IMG/VR virus record: IMGVR_UViG_2541047946_000010 | Length of the DNA: 16,076 bases | Origin: a virus | Taxonomy: Duplodnaviria; Heunggongvirae; Uroviricota; Caudoviricetes | Direction: 5' to 3' (one strand) | Part shown: one piece after another, positions 1 to 7,665 of the stretch | Position numbering within the stretch: position 1 is the first letter of the stretch | How the letters are laid out: each line of letters starts with the position of its first letter | Notes under the pieces: generated by a model | Database searches by the model: none | What the model saw: the letters and a program-made list of their open reading frames with translations, nothing else | What the model was told of the DNA's origin: nothing | Made by a program: the position numbers and the translations under genes

Positions 1-1284
1 TTACTTCTTCGCCTCTGCAACCACTTTACTACCCACGCCGCGGTTATTGTATTCCCACATGCGGTTGTAGTTAGTGTCATTCAGATTGCGCTGTATTTCG
101 TCGTTATCATCTACGCTGCCGGTATTACCCGCAAACGGACGATTAGAGATCACCGCATCGGCCCACGGTTTAGCCGTGTTAAAACCTTCGTTGATGGCGC
201 TATCACGGATCACCACCTGACCGTTGGTATTGGCATCAACATCCAGCGAGCGGCCCAGTTGCGCCACACCATCACCGAAAGCATTGAAACGGCTGTTTAC
301 GGCGAGGAAACCGTAGTAAATGTTGGACAGCGTAGCCGGTGCAAACACATACGCTTCTTGCTGAGTACGTGAGTTCACCACGCGGAATTCGGTGTTATCG
401 AACACCACTGCGCCGCGACCAGAAACGATATCCACATCCCCTTCAATGTAGCTGTTGGTCACCAGCGTACGCGGCTGACGATTCGTTTCCAGACGGTTCT
501 GCACACCGCTGTTGGTGACAAAGAAGGTGTTCTGACGACCGAGAATGTTAACGTTGTTAATCTGTACCTGGTCACCATCAGTACGCAGTGCCACCGCCGG
601 ATGGTTACCTGCATCTACGCTATCGCCCAGCGTGTTTTCGATGGTCAGATTTTGCAGTTGCAGGCCATTGTTTTGTGACCAGAAGACCGCAGAGCAGAGA
701 ACACCGATACTGTCGCTGCGTTTGCTCTGGCAGCTATCGTACATATACCACGCTGGTTTACCTGGCATATATTTGCCGCGCGGGTTGACGTCGTGACGCC
801 AGTCGGCAGGGCTCATGCCACCATCAAGGGAAAGCCCAATCTTCACATCAATCGGTTTTTCACCTGTACCGTACAGAGTAATTCCACCCGGAGCGGCAGG
901 GACATATACCGTTCCCTGATACTCACCAGGCATCACGGCAATATACTGGCGCTTGTTGGTACGCTTGATAATTGCCGCATCTACCGCCGCCTGAATCGTG
1001 GTATGCGTTACACCTTGAGTGCCCGCCGGGCCGACAACAAAGTCAGGTTGCGCAGGCAGGGTAATCGGGGAAGGATTCCACGCTGCAGCACCTGGTGTCA
1101 GGGATGCAAAATAGTGTTGAGCATCGAAATTCTGCGCTTCTTTTGCCGACAGAATCGGGCGAGAAGAGGTACCAGGCGCGGTTTGATCAGAAGGACGTTG
1201 ATCGGGCGGGGTTGAGCTACAGGCGGTCAGCGTCACGCCAAAAGCCAATGCCAGCGCCAGACGGGAAACTGAAAATGTGTTCAC
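1..1284 (-). CDS. ybhC: Host outer-membrane lipoprotein YbhC (pectinesterase-family), complete
   Basis: 427-aa ORF ending in TAA at 1-3; GTG start at 1282-1284 with GGAG about 8 nt upstream; N-terminal signal peptide with lipobox LTAC; recognised from memory as E. coli YbhC, the gene flanking attB-lambda. Confidence 0.88.
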   Translation of the reverse strand: MNTFSVSRLALALAFGVTLTACSSTPPDQRPSDQTAPGTSSRPILSAKEAQNFDAQHYFASLTPGAAAWNPSPITLPAQPDFVVGPAGTQGVTHTTIQAAVDAAIIKRTNKRQYIAVMPGEYQGTVYVPAAPGGITLYGTGEKPIDVKIGLSLDGGMSPADWRHDVNPRGKYMPGKPAWYMYDSCQSKRSDSIGVLCSAVFWSQNNGLQLQNLTIENTLGDSVDAGNHPAVALRTDGDQVQINNVNILGRQNTFFVTNSGVQNRLETNRQPRTLVTNSYIEGDVDIVSGRGAVVFDNTEFRVVNSRTQQEAYVFAPATLSNIYYGFLAVNSRFNAFGDGVAQLGRSLDVDANTNGQVVIRDSAINEGFNTAKPWADAVISNRPFAGNTGSVDDNDEIQRNLNDTNYNRMWEYNNRGVGSKVVAEAKK

Positions 1285-1309
1285 AGGTTGCTCCGGGCTA
1301 TGAAATAGA

Positions 1310-1418
1310 AAAATGAATCCGTTGAAGCCTGCTTTTTTATACTAAGTTGGCATTATAAAAAAGCATTGCTTATCAATTTGTTGCAACGAACAGGTCACTA
1401 TCAGTCAAAATAAAATCA
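1310..1418. other. attL: Prophage attachment site attL (bacterial arm, core, phage P' arm); core GCTTTTTTATACTAA at 1331-1345
   Basis: Exact 15-bp lambda att core at 1331-1345, followed by P'-arm-like sequence (GTTGGCATTATAAAAAAGCATTGCTTATCAATTTGTTGCAACGAACAGGTCACTATCAGTCAAAATAAAATCATT) with arm-type Int motifs (CAGGTCACTATCAGTCAAAAT); bacterial sequence on the left leads into ybhC. Confidence 0.85.
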
Positions 1419-2489
1419 TTATTTGATTTCAATTTTGTCCCACTCCCTGCCTCTGTCATCACGATACTGTGATGCCATGGTGTCCGACTTATGCCCGAGA
1501 AGATGTTGAGCAAACTTATCGCTTATCTGCTTCTCATAGAGTCTTGCAGACAAACTGCGCAACTCGTGAAAGGTAGGCGGATCCCCTTCGAAGGAAAGAC
1601 CTGATGCTTTTCGTGCGCGCATAAAATACCTTGATACTGTGCCGGATGAAAGCGGTTCGCGACGAGTAGATGCAATTATGGTTTCTCCGCCAAGAATCTC
1701 TTTGCATTTATCAAGTGTTTCCTTCATTGATATTCCGAGAGCATCAACATGCAATGCTGTTGGGATGGCAATTTTTACGCCTGTTTTGCTTTGCTCGACA
1801 TAAAGATATCCATCTACGATATCAGACCACTTCATTTCGCATAAATCACCAACTCGTTGCCCGGTAACAACAGCCAGTTCCATTGCAAGTCTAAGCCAAC
1901 ATGGTGATGATTCTGCTGCTTGATAAATTTTCAGGTATTCGTCAGCCGTAAGTCTTGATCTCCTTACCTCTGATTTTGCAGCGCGAGTGGCTGCGACCGG
2001 GTTTGTTGTTATATGGCCTTCAGCCATAGCCTCTCGGAATGCATCGCTCAGTGTTGATCTGATTAACTTGGCTGATGCCGCCTTTCCCTCGTCTATGTAT
2101 CCATTGAGCATTGCCGCAATTTCTTTTGTGGTGATGTCTTCAAGTGGAGCATCAGGCAGACCCCTCCTTATTGCTTTAATTTTGCTCATGTAATTTATGA
2201 GTGTCTTCTGCTTGATTCCTCTGCTGGCCAGGATTTTTTCGTAGCGATCAAGCCATGAATGTAATGTAACGGAATTATCACTGTTGATTCTCGCTGTCAG
2301 AGGCTTGTGTTTGTGTCCTGAAAATAACTCAATGTTGGCCTGTATAGCTTCAGTGATTGCGATTCGCCTGTCTCGGCCTAATCCAAACTCTTTACCCGTC
2401 CTTGGGTCCCTGTAGCAGTAATATCCATTGTTTCTTATATAAAGGTTAGGGGGTAAATCCCGGCGCTCATGACTTCGCCTTCTTCCCAT
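1419..2489 (-). CDS. int: Tyrosine integrase, lambda Int type
   Basis: 356-aa ORF; N-terminus MGRRRSHERRDLPPNLYIRNNGYYCYRDPRTGKEFGLGRD and C-terminal catalytic region (HELRSL...LLGH...Y) recognised as lambda Int; sits directly next to attL. Confidence 0.97.
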   Translation of the reverse strand: MGRRRSHERRDLPPNLYIRNNGYYCYRDPRTGKEFGLGRDRRIAITEAIQANIELFSGHKHKPLTARINSDNSVTLHSWLDRYEKILASRGIKQKTLINYMSKIKAIRRGLPDAPLEDITTKEIAAMLNGYIDEGKAASAKLIRSTLSDAFREAMAEGHITTNPVAATRAAKSEVRRSRLTADEYLKIYQAAESSPCWLRLAMELAVVTGQRVGDLCEMKWSDIVDGYLYVEQSKTGVKIAIPTALHVDALGISMKETLDKCKEILGGETIIASTRREPLSSGTVSRYFMRARKASGLSFEGDPPTFHELRSLSARLYEKQISDKFAQHLLGHKSDTMASQYRDDRGREWDKIEIK

Positions 2490-2685
2490 TTCTGATCCTC
2501 TTCAAAAGGCTACCTGTTACTGGTCGATTTAAGTCAACCTTTACCGCTGATTCGTGGAACAGATATTCTCTTCCATCCTTAACCGGAGGAGGGAATATCC
2601 TGCATTCGCGCACCCATCGACGAACTGTTTCAAGGCTTCTTGGGCGTCGCTGGCGAGCGTTCCACTCCTGAAGTGTCAAGTACAT
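2467..2685 (-). CDS. xis: Excisionase Xis
   Basis: 72-aa ORF MYLTLQEWNARQRRPRSLETVRRWVRECRIFPPP... recognised as lambda Xis; its 3' end overlaps the int start by 23 nt, as in lambda. Confidence 0.95.
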   Translation of the reverse strand: MYLTLQEWNARQRRPRSLETVRRWVRECRIFPPPVKDGREYLFHESAVKVDLNRPVTGSLLKRIRNGKKAKS

Positions 2686-2712
2686 CGCAAAGTCTCCGCA
2701 ATTACACGCAAG

Positions 2713-2732
2713 AAAAAACCGCCATCAGGCGG
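2713..2732 (-). terminator. Intrinsic terminator on minus strand between the 55-aa ORF and xis
   Basis: Minus-strand RNA would read CCGCC-UGAU-GGCGG followed by UUUUUU (plus-strand AAAAAACCGCCATCAGGCGG); the stop codon of the 55-aa ORF lies in the loop. Confidence 0.4.
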
Positions 2733-2892
2733 CTTGGTGTTCTTTCAGTTCTTCAATTCGAATATTGGTTACGTCTGCATGCGCTATCTGCGCCCATATC
2801 ATCCAGTGGTTATAGCAGTCGTTGATGTTCTCTGCTTCGATAACCCTGTTGAATGGCTCTCCATTCCATTCACCTGTGACTCGGAAGTGCAT
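2725..2892 (-). CDS. Small hypothetical protein, 55 aa (lambda xis-ea8.5 interval ORF)
   Basis: ATG at 2892 to TGA at 2725, translated by hand as MHFRVTGEWNGEPFNRVIEAENINDCYNHWMIWAQIAHADVTNIRIEELKEHQAA; below the 60-aa cut-off of the supplied ORF track; position matches a small ORF in lambda. Confidence 0.5.
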   Translation of the reverse strand: MHFRVTGEWNGEPFNRVIEAENINDCYNHWMIWAQIAHADVTNIRIEELKEHQAA

Positions 2893-2980
2893 TTATCATC
2901 TCCATAAAACAAAACCCGCCGTAGCGAGTTCAGATAAAATAAATCCCCGCGAGTGCGAGGATTGTTATGTAATATTGGGT

Positions 2981-3262
2981 TTAATCATCTATATGTTTTG
3001 TACAGAGAGGGCAAGTATCGTTTCCACCGTACTCGTGATAATAATTTTGCACGGTATCAGTCATTTCTCGCACATTGCAGAATGGGGATTTGTCTTCATT
3101 AGACTTATAAACCTTCATGGAATATTTGTATGCCGACTCTATATCTATACCTTCATCTACATAAACACCTTCGTGATGTCTGCATGGAGACAAGACACCG
3201 GATCTGCACAACATTGATAACGCCCAATCTTTTTGCTCAGACTCTAACTCATTGATACTCAT
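2981..3262 (-). CDS. ea8.5: Ea8.5-like protein (Cys/His-rich, putative zinc-binding)
   Basis: 93-aa ORF MSINELESEQKDWALSMLCRSGVLSPCRHHEG...CPLCTKHIDD, recognised as lambda Ea8.5; in the expected position upstream of xis. Confidence 0.85.
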   Translation of the reverse strand: MSINELESEQKDWALSMLCRSGVLSPCRHHEGVYVDEGIDIESAYKYSMKVYKSNEDKSPFCNVREMTDTVQNYYHEYGGNDTCPLCTKHIDD

Positions 3263-3367
3263 TTATAAACTCCTTGCAATGTATGTCGTTTCAGCTAAAC
3301 GGTATCAGCAATGTGAACCGCCCCGGGAATCCTGGAGACTAAACTTCCTGAGAAAGAGGTAAACAGG

Positions 3368-3694
3368 ATGACTAAAAATACTCGTTTTTCCCCTGAAGTC
3401 CGTCAACGGGCAGTCCGTATGGTTCTGGAAAGTCAGGGCGAATATGACTCACAATGGGCGACAATTTGTTCCATTGCTCCAAAGATTGGCTGTACGCCGG
3501 AGACTCTGCGTGTCTGGGTTCGCCAGCATGAGCGGGATACCGGGGGCGGTGATGGAGGGCTCACCACCGCTGAACGTCAGCGTCTGAAAGAGCTGGAGCG
3601 TGAAAATCGTGAACTGCGCCGCAGTAACGATATCCTTCGCCAGGCTTCCGCTTATTTTGCGAAGGCGGAGTTCGACCGCCTCTGGAAAAAATGA
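3368..3694 (+). CDS. IS3-family transposase OrfA (helix-turn-helix and leucine-zipper part)
   Basis: 108-aa [33 protein letters not shown]... recognised as IS629/IS1203-group OrfA; ends in an A6 run (AAAAAA at 3686-3691) that overlaps the orfB start. Confidence 0.93.
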   Translation: MTKNTRFSPEVRQRAVRMVLESQGEYDSQWATICSIAPKIGCTPETLRVWVRQHERDTGGGDGGLTTAERQRLKELERENRELRRSNDILRQASAYFAKAEFDRLWKK

Positions 3695-4581
3695 TGCCAC
3701 TGCTGGATAAGCTGCGTGAGCAGTACGGGGTCGGACCGCTATGCAGCGAACTGCATATTGCCCCGTCAACGTATTACCACTGTCAGCAACAGCGACATCA
3801 TCCGGATAAACGCAGTGCCCGTGCGCAGCGCGATGACTGGCTGAAGAAAGAGATACAGCGCGTATACGATGAAAATCACAAGGTATACGGTGTGCGTAAA
3901 GTCTGGCGTCAGTTGTTACGGGAAGGTATCAGAGTGGCCAGATGCACTGTGGCACGTCTCATGGCGGTTATGGGACTTGCCGGTGTTCTCCGGGGTAAAA
4001 AGGTCCGTACGACCATCAGCCGGAAAGCCGTTGCCGCAGGCGACCGCGTAAACCGTCAGTTCGTGGCAGAACGACCTGACCAGCTGTGGGTGGCTGATTT
4101 TACTTACGTCAGCACATGGCAGGGCTTCGTCTATGTGGCGTTCATCATTGATGTGTTTGCCGGATACATTGTGGGGTGGCGGGTCTCATCGTCCATGGAG
4201 ACGACATTCGTGCTGGATGCACTGGAGCAGGCGTTATGGGCCCGTCGACCGTCCGGCACGGTCCATCACAGTGATAAAGGTTCTCAGTATGTATCGCTGG
4301 CCTACACACAGCGGCTTAAGGAAGCCGGATTACTGGCATCAACAGGAAGTACAGGCGACTCGTATGACAACGCGATGGCGGAGAGCATCAATGGTCTTTA
4401 CAAAGCGGAGGTAATACACCGTAAGAGCTGGAAAAACCGTGCAGAAGTGGAACTGGCCACACTCACGTGGGTGGACTGGTATAACAATCGACGATTGCTG
4501 GAAAGGCTGGGCCATACTCCTCCGGCAGAAGCAGAAAAAGCTTATTATGCTTCCATCGGAAACGATGATCTGGCAGCCTGA
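3691..4581 (+). CDS. IS3-family transposase OrfB (DDE catalytic domain), in -1 frame relative to orfA
   Basis: 296-aa ORF; DDE residues visible in [16 protein letters not shown] and [12 protein letters not shown]; starts with ATG overlapping the orfA TGA, consistent with programmed -1 frameshift fusion typical of IS3 elements. Confidence 0.93.
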   Translation: MMPLLDKLREQYGVGPLCSELHIAPSTYYHCQQQRHHPDKRSARAQRDDWLKKEIQRVYDENHKVYGVRKVWRQLLREGIRVARCTVARLMAVMGLAGVLRGKKVRTTISRKAVAAGDRVNRQFVAERPDQLWVADFTYVSTWQGFVYVAFIIDVFAGYIVGWRVSSSMETTFVLDALEQALWARRPSGTVHHSDKGSQYVSLAYTQRLKEAGLLASTGSTGDSYDNAMAESINGLYKAEVIHRKSWKNRAEVELATLTWVDWYNNRRLLERLGHTPPAEAEKAYYASIGNDDLAA

Positions 4582-4623
4582 GTTCACAGATAAAATACTC
4601 TCCAGGAAACCCGGGGCGGTTCA

Positions 4624-5469
4624 GAGCGTAATGTGGCAGATCTCGATGATGGTTACGCCAGACTATCAAATATGCTGCTTGAGGCTTATTCAGGCGCAGA
4701 TCTGACCAAGCGACAGTTTAAAGTGCTGCTTGCCATTCTGCGTAAAACCTATGGGTGGAATAAACCAATGGACAGAATCACCGATTCTCAACTTAGCGAG
4801 ATTACAAAGTTACCCGTCAAACGGTGCAATGAAGCCAAGTTAGAACTCGTCAGAATGAATATTATCAAGCAGCAAGGCGGCATGTTTGGACCAAACAAAA
4901 ACATCTCAGAATGGTGCATCCCTCAAAACGAGGGAAAATCCCCTAAAACGAGGGATAAAACATCCCTCAAATTGGGGGATTGCTATCCCTCAAAACAGGG
5001 GGACACAAAAGACACTATTACAAAAGAAAAAAGAAAAGATTATTCGTCAGAGAATTCTGGCGAATCCTCTGACCAGCCAGAAAACGACCTTTCTGTGGTG
5101 AAACCGGATGCTGCAATTCAGAGCGGCAGCAAGTGGGGGACAGCAGAAGACCTGACCGCCGCAGAGTGGATGTTTGACATGGTGAAGACCATCGCGCCAT
5201 CAGCCAGAAAACCGAATTTTGCAGGGTGGGCTAACGATATCCGCCTGATGCGTGAACGTGACGGACGTAACCACCGCGACATGTGCGTGCTGTTCCGCTG
5301 GGCATGCCAGGACAACTTCTGGTCCGGTAACGTGCTTAGCCCGGCCAAACTCCGCGACAAGTGGACCCAGCTCGAAATCAACCGTAACAAGCAACAGGCA
5401 GTCGTGACAGCCAGCAAACCAAAACTCGACCTGACAAACACAGACTGGATTTACGGGGTGGATCTATGA
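4624..5469 (+). pseudogene. O: Replication initiator O, 5'-truncated by the IS (first ~20 codons and promoter missing)
   Basis: The reading frame runs straight out of the IS right end (GGTTCA|GAG CGT AAT GTG GCA GAT CTC = ERNVADL...); remaining 281 codons match lambda O from residue ~21 to the C-terminus (…DWIYGVDL); first in-frame starts are GTG 4633 and ATG 4672; no upstream pR or ribosome-binding context. Confidence 0.85.
4918..5050. repeat. ori-lambda: four iterons (each an inverted repeat of TCCCTCAAAACGAGGGA type) plus adjacent AT-rich unwinding region
   Basis: Four tandem ~19-24-bp repeats (ATCCCTCAAAACGAGGGA / AAATCCCCTAAAACGAGGGATAAA / ACATCCCTCAAATTGGGGGATTGCT / ATCCCTCAAAACAGGGGGAC) followed by an A-rich tract (AAAAGACACTATTACAAAAGAAAAAAGAAAAGATTATT), located inside O as in lambda. 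Confidence 0.85.
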
Positions 5470-6167
5470 AAAACATCGCCGCACAGATGGTTAACTTTGA
5501 CCGTGAGCAGATGCGTAGGATCGCCAACAACATGCCGGAACAGTACGACGAAAAGCCGCAGGTACAGCAGGTAGCGCAGATCATCAACGGTGTGTTCAGC
5601 CAGTTACTGGCAACTTTCCCGGCGAGTCTGGCTAACCGTGACCAGAACGAACTGAACGAAATCCGCCGCCAGTGGGTTCTGGCTTTCCGGGAAAACGGGA
5701 TCACCACAATGGAACAGGTTAACGCAGGAATGCGCGTAGCCCGTCGGCAGAATCGACCATTTCTGCCATCACCCGGGCAGTTTGTTGCATGGTGCCGGGA
5801 AGAAGCATCCGTTATCGCCGGACTGCCAAACGTCAGCGAGCTGGTTGATATGGTTTACGAGTATTGCCGGAAGCGAGGCCTGTATCCGGATGCGGAGTCT
5901 TATCCGTGGAAATCAAACGCGCACTACTGGCTGGTTACCAACCTGTATCAGAACATGCGGGCCAATGCGCTTACTGATGCGGAATTACGCCGTAAGGCCG
6001 CAGATGAGCTTGTCCATATGACTGCGAGAATTAACCGTGGTGAGGCGATCCCTGAACCAGTAAAACAACTTCCTGTCATGGGCGGTAGACCTCTAAATCG
6101 TGCACAGGCTCTGGCGAAGATCGCAGAACTCAAAGCTAAGTTCGGACTGAAAGGAGCAAGTGTATGA
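5466..6167 (+). CDS. P: Replication protein P (DnaB helicase loader)
   Basis: 233-aa ORF MKNIAAQMVNFDREQMRRIANNMPEQYDEKPQ... recognised as lambda P; its ATG overlaps the O stop (ATGA). Confidence 0.95.
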   Translation: MKNIAAQMVNFDREQMRRIANNMPEQYDEKPQVQQVAQIINGVFSQLLATFPASLANRDQNELNEIRRQWVLAFRENGITTMEQVNAGMRVARRQNRPFLPSPGQFVAWCREEASVIAGLPNVSELVDMVYEYCRKRGLYPDAESYPWKSNAHYWLVTNLYQNMRANALTDAELRRKAADELVHMTARINRGEAIPEPVKQLPVMGGRPLNRAQALAKIAELKAKFGLKGASV

Positions 6168-6454
6168 CGGGCAAAGAGGCAATTATTCATTACCTGGGGA
6201 CGCATAATAGCTTCTGTGCGCCGGACGTTGCCGCGCTAACAGGCGCAACAGTAACCAGCATAAATCAGGCCGCGGCTAAAATGGCACGGGCAGGTCTTCT
6301 GGTTATCGAAGGTAAGGTCTGGCGAACGGTGTATTACCGGTTTGCTACCAGGGAAGAACGGGAAGGAAAGATGAGCACGAACCTAATTTTTAAGGAGTGT
6401 CGCCAGAGTGCCGCGATGAAACGGGTATTGGCGGTATATGGAGTTAAAAGATGA
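6164..6454 (+). CDS. ren: Ren protein (protection from Rex exclusion)
   Basis: 96-aa ORF MTGKEAIIHYLGTHNSFCAPDVAALTGATV... recognised as lambda Ren; ATGA overlap with the P stop. Confidence 0.9.
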   Translation: MTGKEAIIHYLGTHNSFCAPDVAALTGATVTSINQAAAKMARAGLLVIEGKVWRTVYYRFATREEREGKMSTNLIFKECRQSAAMKRVLAVYGVKR

Positions 6455-6480
6455 CCATCTACATCACTGAGCTAATAACA

Positions 6481-6510
6481 GGCCTGCTGGTAATTGCAGG
6501 CCTTTTTATT
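6481..6510 (+). terminator. Intrinsic terminator, lambda tR2 equivalent (between ren and ninB)
   Basis: GGCCTGC-TGGTAATT-GCAGGCC hairpin followed by TTTTTATTT on the plus strand. Confidence 0.6.
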
Positions 6511-6527
6511 TGGGGGAGAGGGAAGTC

Positions 6528-6968
6528 ATGAAAAAACTAACCTTTGAAATTCGATCTCCAGCACATCAGCAAAACGCTATTCACGCGGTACAGCAAATTC
6601 TTCCAGACCCAACCAAACCAATCGTAGTAACCATTCAGGAACGCAACCGCAGCTTAGACCAGAATCGAAAGCTTTGGGCTTGCCTTGGTGACGTCTCTCG
6701 TCAGGTTGAATGGCATGGTCGCTGGCTGGATGCAGAAAGCTGGAAGTGTGTGTTTACCGCAGCATTAAAGCAGCAGGATGTTGTTCCTAACCTTGCCGGG
6801 AATGGCTTTGTGGTAATAGGCCAGTCAACCAGCAGGATGCGTGTAAGCGAATTTGCGGAGCTATTAGAGCTTATACAGGCATTCGGTACAGAGCGTGGCG
6901 TTAAGTGGTCAGACGAAGCGCGACTGGCTCTCGAATGGAAAGCGCGATGGGGAGATCGGGCTGCATGA
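6528..6968 (+). CDS. ninB: NinB (Orf recombination mediator family)
   Basis: 146 aa from ATG 6528 (MKKLTFEIRSPAHQQNAIHAVQQ...), with a purine-rich ribosome-binding site GGGAGAGGGAAG upstream; the ORF-track start at 6510 is a TTG extension; recognised as lambda NinB. Confidence 0.9.
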   Translation: MKKLTFEIRSPAHQQNAIHAVQQILPDPTKPIVVTIQERNRSLDQNRKLWACLGDVSRQVEWHGRWLDAESWKCVFTAALKQQDVVPNLAGNGFVVIGQSTSRMRVSEFAELLELIQAFGTERGVKWSDEARLALEWKARWGDRAA

Positions 6969-7492
6969 CTATCAAATCAAATACGCCAGCACACGACAAG
7001 GACTGCTGGCAAACGCCGCTTTGGCTTTTTGATGCACTGGATATTGAGTTTGGATTCTGGCTGGATTCGGCAGCGAGCGACAAAAATGCTCTGTGCGCTC
7101 ACTGGCTAACTGAGGACGACGACGCGCTCAATTCTGAGTGGGTAAGCCACGGTGCAATCTGGAATAACCCACCGTACAGCAATATCAGGCCGTGGGTGGA
7201 AAAAGCCGCTGAGCAGTGTATACAACAGCGACAGACGGTAGTGATGCTTGTGCCAGAGGATATGTCTGTCGGATGGTTCAGCAAGGCTCTGGAGAGTGTT
7301 GACGAAGTTCGTATTATCACTGATGGACGGATTAATTTTATCGAACCATCGACAGGGCTGGAGAAGAATGGAAACAGCAAAGGCTCCATGCTGCTGATTT
7401 GGCGACCGTTCATCAGTCCTCGACGGATGTTTACTACCGTATCCAAAGCGGCATTGATGGCGATCGGGCAGGGCGTCAGGAGGGCTGCATGA
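6965..7492 (+). CDS. Phage orphan DNA N6-adenine methyltransferase (Dam-like)
   Basis: 175 aa from ATG 6965, which overlaps the ninB stop (ATGA); contains NPPY catalytic motif (WNNPPYS) and an upstream DxFxGxG-like region ([17 protein letters not shown]); occupies the position of ninC/ninD in lambda. Confidence 0.82.
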   Translation: MTIKSNTPAHDKDCWQTPLWLFDALDIEFGFWLDSAASDKNALCAHWLTEDDDALNSEWVSHGAIWNNPPYSNIRPWVEKAAEQCIQQRQTVVMLVPEDMSVGWFSKALESVDEVRIITDGRINFIEPSTGLEKNGNSKGSMLLIWRPFISPRRMFTTVSKAALMAIGQGVRRAA

Positions 7493-7665
7493 GACGACAG
7501 CGACGAAGCATCACCGACATAATCTGCGAAAACTGCAAATACCTTCCAACGAAATGCTCCAGAAATAAACGCAAGCTAATCCCAAAAGAATCTGACGTAA
7601 AAACCTTCAATTACACAGCCCACCTGTGGGATATCCGGTGGCTAAGATATCGTGCGAGGAAATGA
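7489..7665 (+). CDS. ninE: NinE
   Basis: 58 aa from ATG 7489 ([29 protein letters not shown]...), ATGA overlap with the methyltransferase stop; recognised as NinE; the longer ORF from 7399 in the track is an in-frame upstream extension. Confidence 0.8.
   Translation: MRRQRRSITDIICENCKYLPTKCSRNKRKLIPKESDVKTFNYTAHLWDIRWLRYRARK

Larger units (their letters stand above)
3314..4623 (+). mobile_element. IS629-like insertion sequence (IS3 family), 1310 bp, with imperfect terminal inverted repeats
   Basis: Left end TGAACCGCCCCGGGAATCCTGGAGA at 3314; right end reverse-complement TGAACCGCCCCGGGTTTCCTGGAGA ending at 4623; the first 14 bp of both inverted repeats are identical; the 1310-bp length equals IS629; contains overlapping orfA and orfB. 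Confidence 0.93.

Noticed and set aside
793-1215. 140-aa Arg-rich ORF on the plus strand inside ybhC, plus the smaller ORFs at 545-796, 588-788 and 1095-1316
   Set aside because: Antisense to a well-supported host gene; basic low-complexity composition typical of antisense frames of GC-rich coding DNA; no start context.
1670-2193. Plus-strand ORFs inside int (1670-1867 and 1987-2193)
   Set aside because: Antisense to the integrase gene; short and without ribosome-binding sites.
2554-3217. Plus-strand ORFs of 117, 61 and 131 aa overlapping xis, the 55-aa ORF and ea8.5
   Set aside because: Antisense to recognised lambda genes; hydrophobic or low-complexity translations; no ribosome-binding site.
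3449-4587. Several ORFs inside the IS on both strands (3449-3769, 3869-4051, 4133-4414, 4339-4587)
   Set aside because: Alternative-frame or antisense ORFs within the orfA/orfB transposase genes.
3311-4626. Simple IS insertion with a 3-bp target-site duplication
   Set aside because: Flanking triplets are ATG and GAG, not a repeat, and the flanks belong to lambda regions that are normally about 9 kb apart; interpreted as a deletion junction instead.
4439-4705. 88-aa ORF spanning the IS right end into O, and the minus-strand ORF at 4463-4669
   Set aside because: Cross the IS boundary in a frame unrelated to either orfB or O; artefact of the junction.
4886-5707. ORFs overlapping O and P in other frames or on the minus strand (4886-5101, 5018-5200, 5118-5441, 5200-5394, 5378-5707)
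   Set aside because: Overlap the recognised O and P genes; the 4886-5101 frame runs through the ori iterons and yields low-complexity sequence.
5782-6205. ORFs at 5782-6021 (+) and 5948-6205 (-) overlapping P
   Set aside because: Alternative-frame and antisense ORFs within P, which is itself well supported.
6901-7446. Minus-strand ORFs at 6901-7083 and 7099-7446, and the upstream-extended plus-strand start at 6905
   Set aside because: Antisense to ninB and the methyltransferase; the 6905 start merely extends the methyltransferase frame into ninB, whereas ATG 6965 gives a coupled start.
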